The notes under the pieces were generated by a model. That model saw only the letters and a list, made by a program, of their open reading frames with translations, ran no database searches and had not been told where the DNA came from. A program made the position numbers and the translations under genes. A DNA stretch of 64,000 bases, from contig OZ076409.1 of the NCBI GenBank assembly GCA_964187785.1, forward strand, positions 65,908,001 through 65,972,000, written 5' to 3'. Within the stretch, counting starts at the first letter, position 1. The number at the start of each line of letters is the position of its first letter. Positions 49,436 through 62,767 of this stretch are shown here, piece by piece. Source of the DNA: Amphiscolops sp. MND2022 (taxonomy: Eukaryota).

Positions 49436-52400
49436 TGGCGCAGTCAGAGTAACCTTGAAGGTTACAACAGACCATTACAAAAAACTAATTGTCAACAACA
49501 CAGAAGCCACTCCAAGAAGCGGAGGCACCACAATGACGTCGGCGGAATCACACTCAAGCGGACAACTGCTGCCTAATGACACAATGAAAAGGACCGTGGA
49601 ACGGACCTGAACACAGAAACTCACCATTCCAACGTTGGAAAAACAAGACTATACCAATGCAAACTTGTGGTAGCGGAAATTTTACAGCATAAAAAATGAC
49701 AAAGGACTTGGACCTATCAACAAGGACGAACAAAAAAAATCTGCTATAATACCGTGACCAATCAGAAGTGGAATTAAAATTCATATAATATTTATGAGCA
49801 ATTGGACAAAATGCCATCATGGAGAAGACCCAAACGGTTAGGAAGAGAACTGAGCTCACTACCGTTGTATAAACTATATACACTTTTTCGGCTACACTTT
49901 ACACCAGGAAGAAACGTTCAACATAGCAGACTCGATTTCCTTGACCTGAAACAAACGAGAAGACGGAGAATCTGCAGCAGACGTTTGGACGCGAATCCTA
50001 GAAGTAAAAAACTGCGAATTCGAAACAGTAACCGCGGTAGAACTTTTTGTTTTATCAATAATCGGAAAATCAACTGGCGATTACGATCTCACGAAAAAGA
50101 TCAGAAACAATGATATGTCGGTAGAGGCAATAACCGAACCCTTGCAAAAATACATGTATGAAAAACGATATGACTCACCAGAGACCGAAGACGATACGAC
50201 GATTCGATATCTCAACAAAAGAAAGACAAGAACCACCAAAAAACCAACAGATAAACCGGCAAACTTAAAGAAAATATACTGCAACAGATGTGGAGTACCA
50301 AACTGGTCGCGACAGCACGGATTCCCGGCAATGGTAAAAATTGCGCAAAATGTGAAAGATTGGCCATTTTGTGGAAAGCTGCAGGACAAATAGAAAAATA
50401 AACTGCATTCAGGAACAATGAACAAGAATTGCTGAAGAAGACGATTGGTCACCAGACACATTCTATTCTTTAAATCAGAAGATCCATTCAACACGTTTAT
50501 TTGTTTATTTGTTTATTTATTCAGTGAATAACGACGATTCAGAATTCTTTACTTTCACCGCCTTGGTCAATAACCGACCGATCAAATTCATTAAAGACAG
50601 CGGCTCACCAATAACCTTAAGAGCGAAGTCACAATTCAACAAAAGATCACCAATATGTCCACTAAAACCCACCCGAATACAGAGACGTAATTGACAACCG
50701 AATAAAATTTGAAGGAAAAACAATGGCGAACGTTGAAATAAATGGAAAACTGGAGTGTCTGGCATTTTGGTAATAACAAAAAAGGCAAATCGCTTACTCA
50801 GCTTAGACCGGATGAAAAAGCTGGGAATAACGCTAAATACCGGAAAGACCGGTCCACAAATAAATCACGTGAAAGAAGATCCGGATATAACAAGGCTAAA
50901 AAAAGTTTTAAAAAATTTTTCAACAAAAATCATACCGTGAAGGGACTAGAAGTAAAAACACAACTAGAGCAGACGCAAAATTGATACAACAAAAAGAAAG
51001 ACCAATATCGACTTATTTACAACAATCCGTCGAAAAAGAAACTGAAAGCCTAAAGAAACAAGGCCACATTAAAAAAGCAAAAAAAATGATGAAAGATGCC
51101 AAATTAGTCCGGCTGTAATGACAGTAAAGAAAGACAAATCAGTGAAGATTGCACCGGATTCACTAAAACTGAATGAAATAACCATAAAAAGAGAAGCAAA
51201 ATGCCTAACATGGAAAAATTGAAAGCAAGAATATCCAGAAACAATGCAGATGGACCGAGAGATGAAATTTGGATTTCAGAAATTGATTTACATTATCCGT
51301 ATGGACAATTACTACTTTTCAGAGAAGCCTGAAACTTGTGCATATATGCCATACCCGGAAGAAACTTTACCGGTTACTGCTGTTTCCTGAAAGCATTTTA
51401 CGGGTTAGTGGATATACCAACAATCTTCCAAGAGACACTTGACCAAACATTAAAAAACAAACGGCCAGCATAGTTGGATGACATAATTGTGGTAACTGAA
51501 GTCTCGAAAGAACAACACTAAAAAAGACAAACTAATCGCAATAAAAAACCGAAGCAGCCCAATAATGAAAGAAACTGGAATCGTTTCTGGGGGCTATCCA
51601 CGCTGGCACTTGGAAACCTCAAGGAAAAAATCGCGGAGTTACCGTGTCTGGCTCACTAGAACTTGAACTACCCAAATGTTGTAAAAACCGACGCCAGCGC
51701 TAATGGCCGCGGTGCAACTTTGTGGCAGGAAAAACTACTTCGAAAAATGAAACCTATTGGTTTTGCGAGTTGACTTTTGTCAGATACAAAAAAAATATGC
51801 ATCAAATAAATTAGACTTGATATCCTAAATTGCTGAAGACACTAGTATGCCTAGAATGCCAGCAACTTGAGTTGATACCAGAAGAGTCCCATGCACACAA
51901 AAAGAAGATATCAAGCCGGTTCGGTCTGGTCTGCCTAGAAAACAAATTCATTGTCACGAAGAATCTCCGAAGAATCTCATTTCCAGGGCATATGTTACCC
52001 TCGGGAAAGATAACATCTTTAGCCAAGGCGAAAGGCTTCAATTGAGTCACAGATTATATCGCTAAACTTCAAAACATTACACAAAGTTCGTTGAGCTGTC
52101 AATGTTGAGCTCGGGATACTTGAATAAAGGCGCTCTTACCTTGAATAAACGGTAAATCATTGATTTTTGGGGTGCATTTTAGATTTGTCTAAAAATCAGA
52201 ACAATGGTAAGTCGATTTGAACAGAAAAACTAATAACGCTTTTTGGTTCCCTCATTACTATTTCAGGCAATTTTTTCCTCAAACACTAATGGGATGAAAC
52301 GGATAAGGCGGCCGATATGAAATCTTTTTGCATGCGAATTAACGTATACTAAAAGAAGTTAAAGCGTTCTCCCTTTAAGTTTTCTAATTTTCACATCCCT

Positions 52401-52616
52401 TACGTAACAAAAAAGTGCAAAATATTTCGTTTTTTTTTACTCTGGGCAATTTTAGGGACTGTTTTCAATATATCTCTCCTTTTTATATAGATCCCTTTTT
52501 TTAACATTTTGAGGTGAGAAGAGCCTCTCCCAACCCCGAGGGGCCCTGTGGGTTTTGTTCCCGCACTGTGGGTGTTTTTCAACAATATGATATTCTTGTA
52601 ATTCCAATTTTCACAT

Positions 52617-52836
52617 TGTAGAGGACGTACGAACTCGGACTGTAAAACTAATTAGTCTATGTCTATGCTTTCATCCTATTTGTACTTTATTAGTATTATT
52701 AGTGTTGTCTAAAGATCTGTCTCTGCCACATACGCGTAGAAAAAGCAGCAGCTTAGTGCAACAAAAAGATACGATATAAAATAGTTTATTTGAAACATTG
52801 AGTTCCTTCTTTTACAAGTTGATAAGGAATACAAAA
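52617..52836 (+). repeat. Gypsy 5' LTR, copy 2
   Basis: Same as 49216-49435, with the same CACAT left flank and PBS. Confidence 0.88.
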
Positions 52837-55800
52837 TGGCGCAGTCAGAGTAACCTTGAAGGTTACAATAGACCATTACAAAAAACTAATTGTCAACAAC
52901 ACGGAAGCCACTCCAAGAAGCGGAGGCACCACAATGACGTCGGCGGAATCACACTCAAGCGGACAACTGCTGCCTAATGACACAATGAAAAGGACCGCAG
53001 AACGGACCTGAACACAGAAACTCACCATTCCAACGTTGGAAAAACAAGACTATACCAATGCAAACTTTTGGTAGCGGAAATTTTACAGCATAAAAAATGA
53101 TAAAGGACTTGGACCTATCAACAAGGACGAACAAAAAAATTCTGCTATAATACCGTGACCAATCAGAAGTGGAATTAAAATTCATATTAAATTTATGAGC
53201 ATTTGGACAAAATGCCATCATGGAGAAGACCCAAACGGTTAGGGAGAGAACTGAGCTCACTACCGTTGTATAAACTCAATACACTTTTTCGGCTACACTT
53301 TACACCAGGAAGAAACGTTCAACATAGCACACTCGATTTCCTTGACCTGAAACGAGAAGACGGAGAATCTGCAGCAGACGTTTGGACGCGAATCCTAGAA
53401 TTAAAAAACTGCGAATTCGAAACAGTAACTGCGGTAGAACTTTTTATGTTTTATCAATAATCGGAAAATCAACTGGCGATTACGATCTCACGAAAAAGAT
53501 CAGAAACAATGATATGTCGGTAGAGGCAATAACCGAACCCTTGCATAAATACATGTATGAAAAACGATATGACTCACCAGAGACCGAAGACGATACGACG
53601 ATTCGATATCTCAACAAAAGAAAGACAAGAACCACCAAAAAACCAACAGATAAACCATCAAACTTCAAGAAAAAAGACTGCAACAGATGTGGAGAACCAA
53701 ACTGGTCGCGACAGCACGAATTCCCCGCAATGGTAAAAAATGCGCAAAATGTGAAGGATTGGCCATTTTGTGGAATGCTGCAGGACAAATAGAAAAATAA
53801 ACTGCATGCAGGAACAATGAACAAGTATTGCGGAAGAAGACGATTGCTCACCAGACACATTCTATTCTTTAAATCAGAAGATCCATTCAACACGTTTATT
53901 TGTTTATTTGTTTATTTATTCAGTGAATAACGACAATTCAGAATTCTTTACCTTCACCGCCTTGGTCAATAACCGACCAATCAAATTCATTAAAGACATC
54001 GGCTCACCAATAACCTTAATAGCGAATTCACAATTCAACAAAAGATAACCAATATGTCCACTAAAACCCGAAGACAGAGACGTAATTGACAACCGAATAA
54101 AACTTGAATGCAAAACAATGGCGAACGTTGAAATAAATGGAAAACCGGAGTGTCTGGCATTTTGGTAATAACAAAAAAGGCAAATCGCTTACTGAGCTTA
54201 GACTGGATGAAAAAGCTGGGAATAACGCTAAATACCGGTAAGACCGGTCCACAAATAAATCACGTGAAAGAAGATCCGGATATAACAATGCTAAAGAAAG
54301 TTAAAAAAAACTTTTCAACAAAAATCATACCGTGAAGGGACTAGAAGTAAAAACACAACTAGAGCAGACGCAAAATTGATACAACAAAAAGGAAGACCAA
54401 TATCGACTTATTTACAACAATCCGTCGAAAAAGAAACTGAAAGCCTAAAGAAACAAGGTCACATTGAAAAAGCAAAAAAATGATGAAAGATGCCAAATTA
54501 GTCCGGCTGTAATGACAGTAAAGAAAGACAAATCACTGAAGATTGCACCGGATTCACTAAAACTGAATGAAATAACCATAAAAAGAGAAGCAAAATGCCT
54601 AACATGGAAAAATTGATTTCAAGAATATCCAGAAACAATGCAGATGGACCGAGAGATGAAATTTGGATTTCAGAAATTGATTTACATTATCCGTATGGAC
54701 AATTACTACTTTTCAGAGAAGCTTGAAACTTGTGCATATATGCCATACCCGGAAGAAACTTTACCGGTTATTGCTGTTTCCTGAAAGCATTTTACGGGTT
54801 AGTGGATATACCAACAATCTTCCAAGAGACACTTGACCAAACATTACAAAACAAACGGCCAGCATGGTTGGATGACATAATTGTGGTAACTGAAGTCTCG
54901 AAAGAACAACACTAAAAAAGACAAACTAATCGCAATAAAAAACCGAAGCAGCCCAATAATGAAAGAAACTGGAATCGTTTCTGGGGCTATCCACGCTGGC
55001 ACTTGGAAACCTCAAGGAAAAAATCGCGGAGTTACCGTGTCTGGCTCACTAGAACTTGAACTACCCAAATGTTGTAAAAACCGACGCCAGCGCTAATGGC
55101 CGCGGTGCAACTTTGTGGCAGGAAAAACTACTTCGAAAAATGAAACCTATTGGTTTTGCGAGTTGACTTTTGTCAGATACAAAAAAAACATGCATCAAAT
55201 GAATTAGACTTGATATCCTAAATTGCTGAAGACACTAGTATGCCTAGAATGCCAGCAACTTGAGTTGATACCAGAAGAATCCCATGCACACAAAAAGAAG
55301 ATATCAAGCCGGTTCGGTCTGGTCTGCCTGGAAAACAAATTCATTGTCACGAAGAATCTCCGAAGAATCTCATTTCCAGGGCATATGTTACCCTCGGGAA
55401 AGATAACATCTTTAGCCAAGGCGAAAGGGTTCAATTGAGTCACAGATTATATCGCCAAGCTTCAAAACATTAGACAAAGTTCGTTGAGCTGTCAATGTTG
55501 AGCTCGGGATACTTGAATAAAGGCGCTCTTACCTTGAATAAACGGTAAATCATTGACTTTTGGGGTGCATTTTAGATTTGTCTAAAAATCAGGACAATGG
55601 TAAGTCGATTTGAACAGAAAAACTAATAACGCTTTTTGGTTCCCTAATTACTATTTCAGGCAATTTTTTCCTCAAACACTAATGGGATGAAACGGATAAG
55701 GCGGCCGATATGAAATCTTTTTGCATGCGAATTAACGTATACTAAAAGAAATTAAAGGGTTCTCCCTTTAAGTTTTCTAATTTTCACATCCCTTGCGTAA

Positions 55801-56008
55801 CAGAAAAGTGCAAAATATTTCATTTTTTTTTACTCTGGGCAGTTTTAGGGACTGTTTTCAATATATCTCTCCTTTTTATATAGTTCCCTTTTTTAACATT
55901 TTGAGGTGAGAAGAGCCTCTCCCAACCCCAAGGGGCCCTGTGGGATTTGTTCCCGCACTGTGGGTGTTTTTCAACAATATGATAATCTTGTAATTTCAAT
56001 TTTCACAT

Positions 56009-59000
56009 TGTAGAGGACGTACGAACTCGGTTTGTAAAACTAATTAGTCTATGTCTATGCTTTCATCCTATTTGTACTTTATTAGTATTATTAGTGTTGT
56101 CTAAAGATCTGTCTCTGCCACATACGCGTAGAAAAAGCAGCAGCATAGTGCAACAAAAAGATACGATATAAAACAGTTTATTTGAAACATTGAGTTCCTT
56201 CTTTTACAAGTTGATAAGGAATACAAAATGGCGCAGTCAGAGTAACCTTGAAGGTTACAATAGACCATTACAAAAAACTAATTGTCAACAACACGGAAGC
56301 CACTCCAAGAAGCGGAGGCACCACAATGACGTCGGCGGAATCACACTCAAGCGGACAACTGCTGCCTAATGACACAATGAAAAGGACCGCAGAATGGACC
56401 TGAACACAGAAACTCACCATTCCAACGTTGGAAAAACAAGACTATACCAATGCAAACTTGTGGTAGCGGAAATTTTACAGCATAAAAAAATGACAAAGGA
56501 CTTGGACCTATCAACAAGGACGAACAAAAAAATTCTGCCATAATACCGTGACCAATCAGAAGTGGAATTAAAATTCATATAATATATTTGAACAATTGGA
56601 CAAAATGCCATCATGGAGAAAACCCAAACGGTTAGGGAGAGAACTGAGCTCACTACCGTTGTATAAACTATATACACTTTTTCGGCTACACTTTACACCA
56701 GAAAGAAACGTGCAACATAGCAGACTCGATTTCCTTGACCTGAAACGAGAAGACAGAGAATCTGCAGCAGACGTTTGGACGCGAAACCTAGAATTAAAAA
56801 ACTGCGAATTCGAAAAAGTAACCGCGGTAGAACTTTTTATGTTTTATCAATAATCGGAAAATCAACTGGCGATTACGATCTCACGAAAAAGATCAGAAAC
56901 AATGATATGTCGGTAGAGGCAATAACCGAACCCTTGCATAAATACATGTATGAAAAACGATATGACTCACCAGAGACCGAAGACGATACGACGATTCCAT
57001 ATCTCAACAAAAGGAAGACAAGAACCACCAAAAAACCAACAGATAAACCGGCAAACTTCAAAAAAAAGACTGCAACTGATGTGGAGAACCAAACTGGTCG
57101 CGACAGCACGAATTCCCGGCAATGGTAAAAAATGCGCAAAATGTGAAGGATTGGCCATTTTGTGGAATGCTGCAGGACAAATAGAAAATTAAACTGCATG
57201 CAGGAACAATGAACAAGTATTGCGGAAGAAGACGATTGGTCACCAGACACATTCTATTCTTTAAATCAGAAGATCCATTCAACACGTTTATTTGTTTATT
57301 TGTTTATTTATTCAGTGAATAACGACGATTCAGAATTCTTTACCTTCACCGCCTTGGTCAATAACCGACCAATCAAATTCATTATAGACAGCGGCTCACC
57401 AATAACCTTAATAGCGAAGTCACAATTCAACAAAAGATCACCAATATGTCCGCTAAAACCCGAATACAGAGACGTAATTGACAACCGAATAAAACTTGAA
57501 GGAAAAACAATGGCGAACGTTGAAATAAATGGAAAACTGGAGAGTCTGGCATTTTGGTAATAACAAAAAAGGCAAATCGCTTACTGGGCTTGGACTGGAC
57601 GAAAAAGCTGGGAATAACGCTAAATACCGGTAAGACGGGTCCACAAATAAATCACGTGAAAGAAGATCCGGATATAACAATGCTAAAGAGAGTTAAAAAA
57701 AACTTTTCAACAAAAATCATACCGTGAAGGGACTAGAAGTAAAAACACAACTAGAGCAGACGCAAAATTGATACAACAAAAAGGAAGACCAATATCGACT
57801 TATTTACAACAATCCGTCGAAAAAGAAACTGAAAGCCTAAAGAAACAAGGCCACATTGAAAAAGCAAGAAAAGAATGATGAAAGATGCCAAGTTAGTCCG
57901 GCCGTAATGACAGTAAAGAAAGACAAATCAGTGAAGATTGCACCGGATTCACTAAAACTGAATGAAACAACCATAAAAAGAGAAGCAAAATGTCTAACAT
58001 GGAAAAATTGATTTCAAGAATATCCAGAAACAATGCAGATGGACCGAGGGATGAAATTTGGATTTCAGAAATTGATTTAGATTATCCGTATGGACAATTA
58101 CTACTTTTCAGAGAAGCCTGAAACTTGTGCATATATGCCATACCTGGAAGAAACTTTACCGGTTACTGCTGTTTCCTGAAAGCATTCTACGGGTTAGTGG
58201 ATATACCAACAATCTTCAAGAGACACTTGACCAAACATTAGAAAACAAACGGCCAGCATGATAGGATGACATAATTGTGGTAACTGAAGTCTCGAAAGAA
58301 CAACACTAAAAAAGACAAACTATTCGCAAAAAAAACCGAAGCAGCCCAATAATGAAAGAAACTGGAATCGTTTCTGGGGGCTATCCACGCTGGCACTTGG
58401 AAACCTCAAGGAAAAAATCGCGGAGTTACCGTGTCTGGCTCACTAGAACTTGAACTACCCAAATGTTATAAAAACCGACGCCAGCGCTAATGGCCGCGGT
58501 GCAACTTTGTGGCAGGAAAAACTACTTGGAAAAATGAAACCTATTGGTTTTGCGAGTTGACTTTTGTCAGATACAGAAAAAAATATGCAACAAATGAATT
58601 AAACTTGTTATCCTAAATTGCTGAAGTTACTAGTATGCCTAGATTGCCAGCAACTTGAGTTGATACCAGAAGAACCCCATGCACACAAAAAGAAGATATC
58701 AAGCCGGTTCGGTCTGGTCTGCCTAGAAAACAAATTCATTGTCACGAAGAATCTCCGAACAATCATAATTAGCCTTCTTTCTTCTTAATAGGCATACCGC
58801 CATCAATAAGATGATGATTGCAGCGCGACATTTCTGGCGGTCGCGAATTACCGAGGCAATACAGAAGTCCAAAACATGCCTTCGCTGCAAAAGTAAGAAC
58901 ATTAGGCCAAATTTACCGAATACTTTACCAACGTTAAATAGTCCAAACGAAGTAATCCAATTGGATTTCATCGGAACATTCACGAAAAACAACCGTCGAT

Positions 59001-60465
59001 TTTGAATTCTATTGTCCGTAGACCGGTTTAGCAAAAGACCGGCGGCAAGCTTTTGCACATCTAGGGACGGAAAAACAGGCGGCAAAATTTTTTGATGAGT
59101 ATATCCAACTGAGTGGTATACCGAAAACTATGAGAAAGGGATAAAACCACTGCGTTCACGTGACACCTTTTCAGAGATTCATGTAAAAAAACACTACAAC
59201 AAAATAAGTAACGGGACACCGTTTGTACACACCTTCACCGGCCTCAGCCTAGTAGAACGGGGTGTTAGATCTTTGAAAGAGAACCTCTTACCGAATATGA
59301 AAGCCGGAGAACGATTTGGTAAGTCATTAGACAAGTCTCTGTGTGTAATGAGAAAAACATCACATACGTGATTGAGAAAACTGCTTTTGAACTCCATTAC
59401 TGTAGAACACCGAACACCAAAATAAGCAACCTGGTAAAATTCGACACCAGGTTCAATTGTGACGTCACAATCTTGACGTCACAATTGATCAGCTACCCAA
59501 GAAGCCAAAGACAATCAAAAAGAAAAGGAGTGAGTGAATACCCCTTTTTTTCTTAAAAAAACGACAGCGGAAAAAATTTGAAAGTGGATATTCCGATAAA
59601 CCTCAAACAGCAAAATCGGGCACTGATCATACAGTTACCACCCCTAACGGGAGAGTACTACATAGAAATTATATTAGTAAACCCATCGCTGATTTCAACC
59701 AGGAACAGAGCAACAGAGGGAATGGACCACGTGGTTCGGACAACCGATTTACAGAATCACCATCCAACCAAAAAAGGGCGACGGTGATAGAATTGGGCAG
59801 CGTGCCAGAAACACCACCAATGGAGATAGAAGACCCGAAAACACCAGCTCCTCTGGACAACACAACACTGAAGAAAAACACATTCTGCCGAGACAGACCC
59901 AAACTAATCAGGGACCCCTCCTGCCCAAACTCTTCCTAGAACAGTTCGACAAAAACACCCATACCGGGAGACAACACGGGCTCACTGACCATAATCACCG
60001 CACTCAGGAAAAACACGAAAGTACACCGGGCCATAGAAGACGCGAAATGCGCTGACCAGGAAGTTTCAACCCAGTTTGCCATGATTACAGGAAACACAGT
60101 GAAAAGACTGAACTCGGGAGTCTCACCGAGTCAATCAGAAGCAGAGCCGAAGACGGGGACAACACACCATAAACCGGCAATCCAACCAAAATCAGACGTT
60201 ACGGCCAATCACAAACCGTGACAACCAAAGTAGCGATGATCGAGTACCATTCCTTGGACCAGTGGAGGAACGACCGCCACAAAAGAAAGCAGCACATCCC
60301 CATTGGCAGATCATTAGCCAATGGTAGAGGAGGGAACGTACGGACTTAGGCTGTATAAACTAATTAGTCTATGCTTTCGCCTTATTTGTACTTTATTTTT
60401 CTTAGTGAAAGCAGTTAGTTTTACACATTGAATTTCTTCTTTTACAATTGATGAGGAATAGAACA
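56009..60465 (+). mobile_element. Full-length but decayed Ty3/Gypsy LTR retrotransposon (short LTRs, tRNA-Ser-type PBS)
   Basis: TSD CACAT at 56004-56008 and 60466-60470. 5' LTR 56009-56228, PBS TGGCGCAGTC. Gag 'LFRLHFTPERNVQHSRLDF' plus Cys knuckle; protease 'FIIDSGSPITLI'; RT 'AWLDDIIVVT' (intact in copy 2); RNase H 'KTDASANG'; integrase 'HTAINKM...CLRC' and 'IQLDFIG'. PPT AGAGGAGGGAA, then an internally deleted 3' LTR ~60337-60465. Confidence 0.92.
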
Positions 60466-60470
60466 CACAT

Positions 60471-60553
60471 AAAAAACTCCTTCATCGTATTCGAAAGACT
60501 CAGCAATTTCGGCGCCTTGAGCGGGCGCCAACTTTGGACGTTCTCGTCTTCTT
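60471..60553 (+). mobile_element. HINE 3' end, probably the distal part of the element interrupted by the Gypsy insertion
   Basis: GGCGCCAACTTTGGACGTTCTCGTCTT subTIR plus hairpin at ~60524-60550. Confidence 0.6.
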
Positions 60554-60599
60554 CTAGTACAAGGTTCTAATAGGAAGTTCATTCTTGTTCAATATTATA

Positions 60600-62235
60600 A
60601 AATAATGAGAAACATCAAAAAATAAATATTTAGAATTTACATGGTAAAAAAGATTGAGGACAAAATTTAAAACAAGTTTCTCTACCCAAAAATGGTTTCA
60701 AAAAGTTCATCAGATTAGAAACAGTTGAATGTAACAAATTAGATTGCAAAGCATATTTTGAGTTTCAGTCAGCTCAGTTGTTATCCTTCCAAGTGTTTTC
60801 AGCATCTGTTATGTTCCACAAATCTGTTTTTTTTTTCAAAAGGCTCTGAGGGTGTAAATAGTGTCGAAAAGGTCGTAAGCACAGAAGAAATTGGAATTCA
60901 ACATTATATTCTCAAAGAGTTTTTTCGCAATCTCAAGGAAATCTACAAAAATTTAGAACTTCATAAAAAGGACAATCAATTTTCAACGAAGCGCTTTGTT
61001 TGCATGCAATTCTTATTCGATCGAAATCAATGCAATGTTTAGAAATGGGAATGAAACTTTTTACCTTCGGATAGAAATTTCTGGAAGTCCTAAGTACAGT
61101 ATTGGTTTTGTTGGACCCGCGTCACAACTTTTTCTATTTTTCTTATTTTTTGAAACTACGTTGTTCAAAAAATACGTTGCGTTTTTGGACTGCGTGTTTT
61201 AATTTCAGTGGTGGATTTTGTTGTTTTCCTGCGATCCAAACAGAAATCCAACCAAAATTTCATACAGCTTCTAGAGGTTGATTGAACTTGACTCTGAAAG
61301 CTTAATTCGTAGCATTAACCGATCGGACAATACGATGCAAAACGTCTTGGACAGATCCCCAAATTGACTACTTTTTGGGCATTGTGCATTAGAGGATTAC
61401 AGTCTCTTAGTCCTGAACTATACTGGTATTTTAGGTTTTCCCGGTCGTATAAGCCTTTTGTGCTAGGTTAACGTTACATTATTTAATGGTACGATAACAG
61501 GAAAGCTTCTTTTAAAAACCGGAATGCCGGAAGGATCTGTCTTGGGGCCGTTTCTGTTTTTGACCCATGTGAAAGATATTCCAAATCTTGTGAGAAAGCG
61601 GAAGTGGCCATGTTTGCTGATGATACTATGTTTATTCAGACAGGAACGCGTGAATCCATAGCTTTAAAAAGATGTGAAACGTCTTTGCGGCTGGTTGGAA
61701 TTGAGCAAATTGACAACTATGAGTAATAAACCAAGCAATCTTGAGATTTCACGGAAGAAACAGTATTCCAATAAATTCGCTTGCAAGTATTTGGCAGTTC
61801 ATATTGATAGAAAAATGTCCTTCCGGGACCATATTGACTATGTTGTGAGAAAACTCAATAAGTTCTTTGGTTTGATTTACAGAGTCTGTCATATCTCGTC
61901 ATTTCTATCCAGGAAAATGTCTGACACTTTTATAACTCTTTTAAGAAATCAATATTATGGTGCTACGGCGAAAACAATTATATATTGAAAATGACGACAG
62001 TGGAAAGGCGAATTATGCGAGCTATTTTCTTCACAAGACATCAACACTCCCTTGAGAATAATTTTATTTGAAAATAAAATCCATTCGGTTTTTGAGTTCT
62101 TTCTATTCGAAACCATTCAAGAGTTGTTGCGGCAAAATAGAAAGGAGTCTTTGTTGCTTACTTTCGAAATCGGAAATACATTAAAGGTATTCGACACCCG
62201 AAGACGTCAAAAAGGCTTGATTGATGTCAAATAGA
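60600..62235 (+). pseudogene. Degenerate CR1/L2-like LINE ORF2 (RT and C-terminus)
   Basis: 'GMPEGSVLGPFLFLTHVKDIP' (~61520-61585), 'AMFADDT' (~61607-61627) and 'CKYLAVHIDRKMSFRDHIDYVVRKLNKFFGLIYRV' (ORF 61674-61988). Frameshifted; left boundary uncertain. Confidence 0.8.
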
Positions 62236-62237
62236 GA

Positions 62238-62511
62238 GCAAGACGGGAACGTCTAAAGTCGGCGTTATATCTAAGGCTCAAAAAGCGCAGATTTGAAATA
62301 TTCGTAATACGTTTTCATGAAAAACTTCAGTTTTCGAACCTCTGCCTCCTCCTTACAAAAACGCAATACAGTTCTGATGTAACGTCAAAAGTTCGGATAT
62401 AGCGCTTCACTTCGAATATTACGAGGGAGAACTTCAATAAAATATAAGGGGGACCCTTTGAAGACGAAAAAATTTTTCGAAAAACGAGTGACTGTAATAG
62501 TCGACTAAAAA
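62238..62511 (-). mobile_element. Short HINE family A copy with collapsed 5' inverted repeat
   Basis: GCAAGACGGGAACGTCTAAAGTCGGCGTTATATCTAAGGCTCAAAAAGCGC ... ACTGTAATAGTCGACTAAAAA. Confidence 0.8.
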
Positions 62512-62767
62512 CGGCTTCCAAACGTAGGTCTCTATCAGGAGTGGGATCTGATACCCATAAACCTAGAGGAATTTACGGGAAAACAAGTTAAGCAGTATGT
62601 TATAAAGGGTTTATCGGTACACATTGTAGATAACAAGGAATTTTTCAGCATTTTTTCAACTAAGGAAATTTGAAAAGGCTGTAAATTCATGTTGAAATTC
62701 ATTTGAGCTTTCAGTCACTGCAAAATTTAAAATTTTTGAGCAGCTTGTGCATAGAAGTCAGGTCAAG

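Larger units (their letters stand above)
48578..58759 (+). repeat. Head-to-tail triplication of a ~3.4-kb unit (flank + 5' LTR + gag-pol of a Gypsy element)
   Basis: Units 48578-51978, 51979-55371 and 55372-58759, about 96-97% identical by eye. Identical junctions at ~51957-51985 and ~55350-55378. Confidence 0.95.

Noticed and set aside
48578..58759. Tandem integration of three retrotransposons sharing LTRs
   Set aside because: Each unit includes host flank upstream of the LTR and stops inside pol, which indicates DNA-level duplication.
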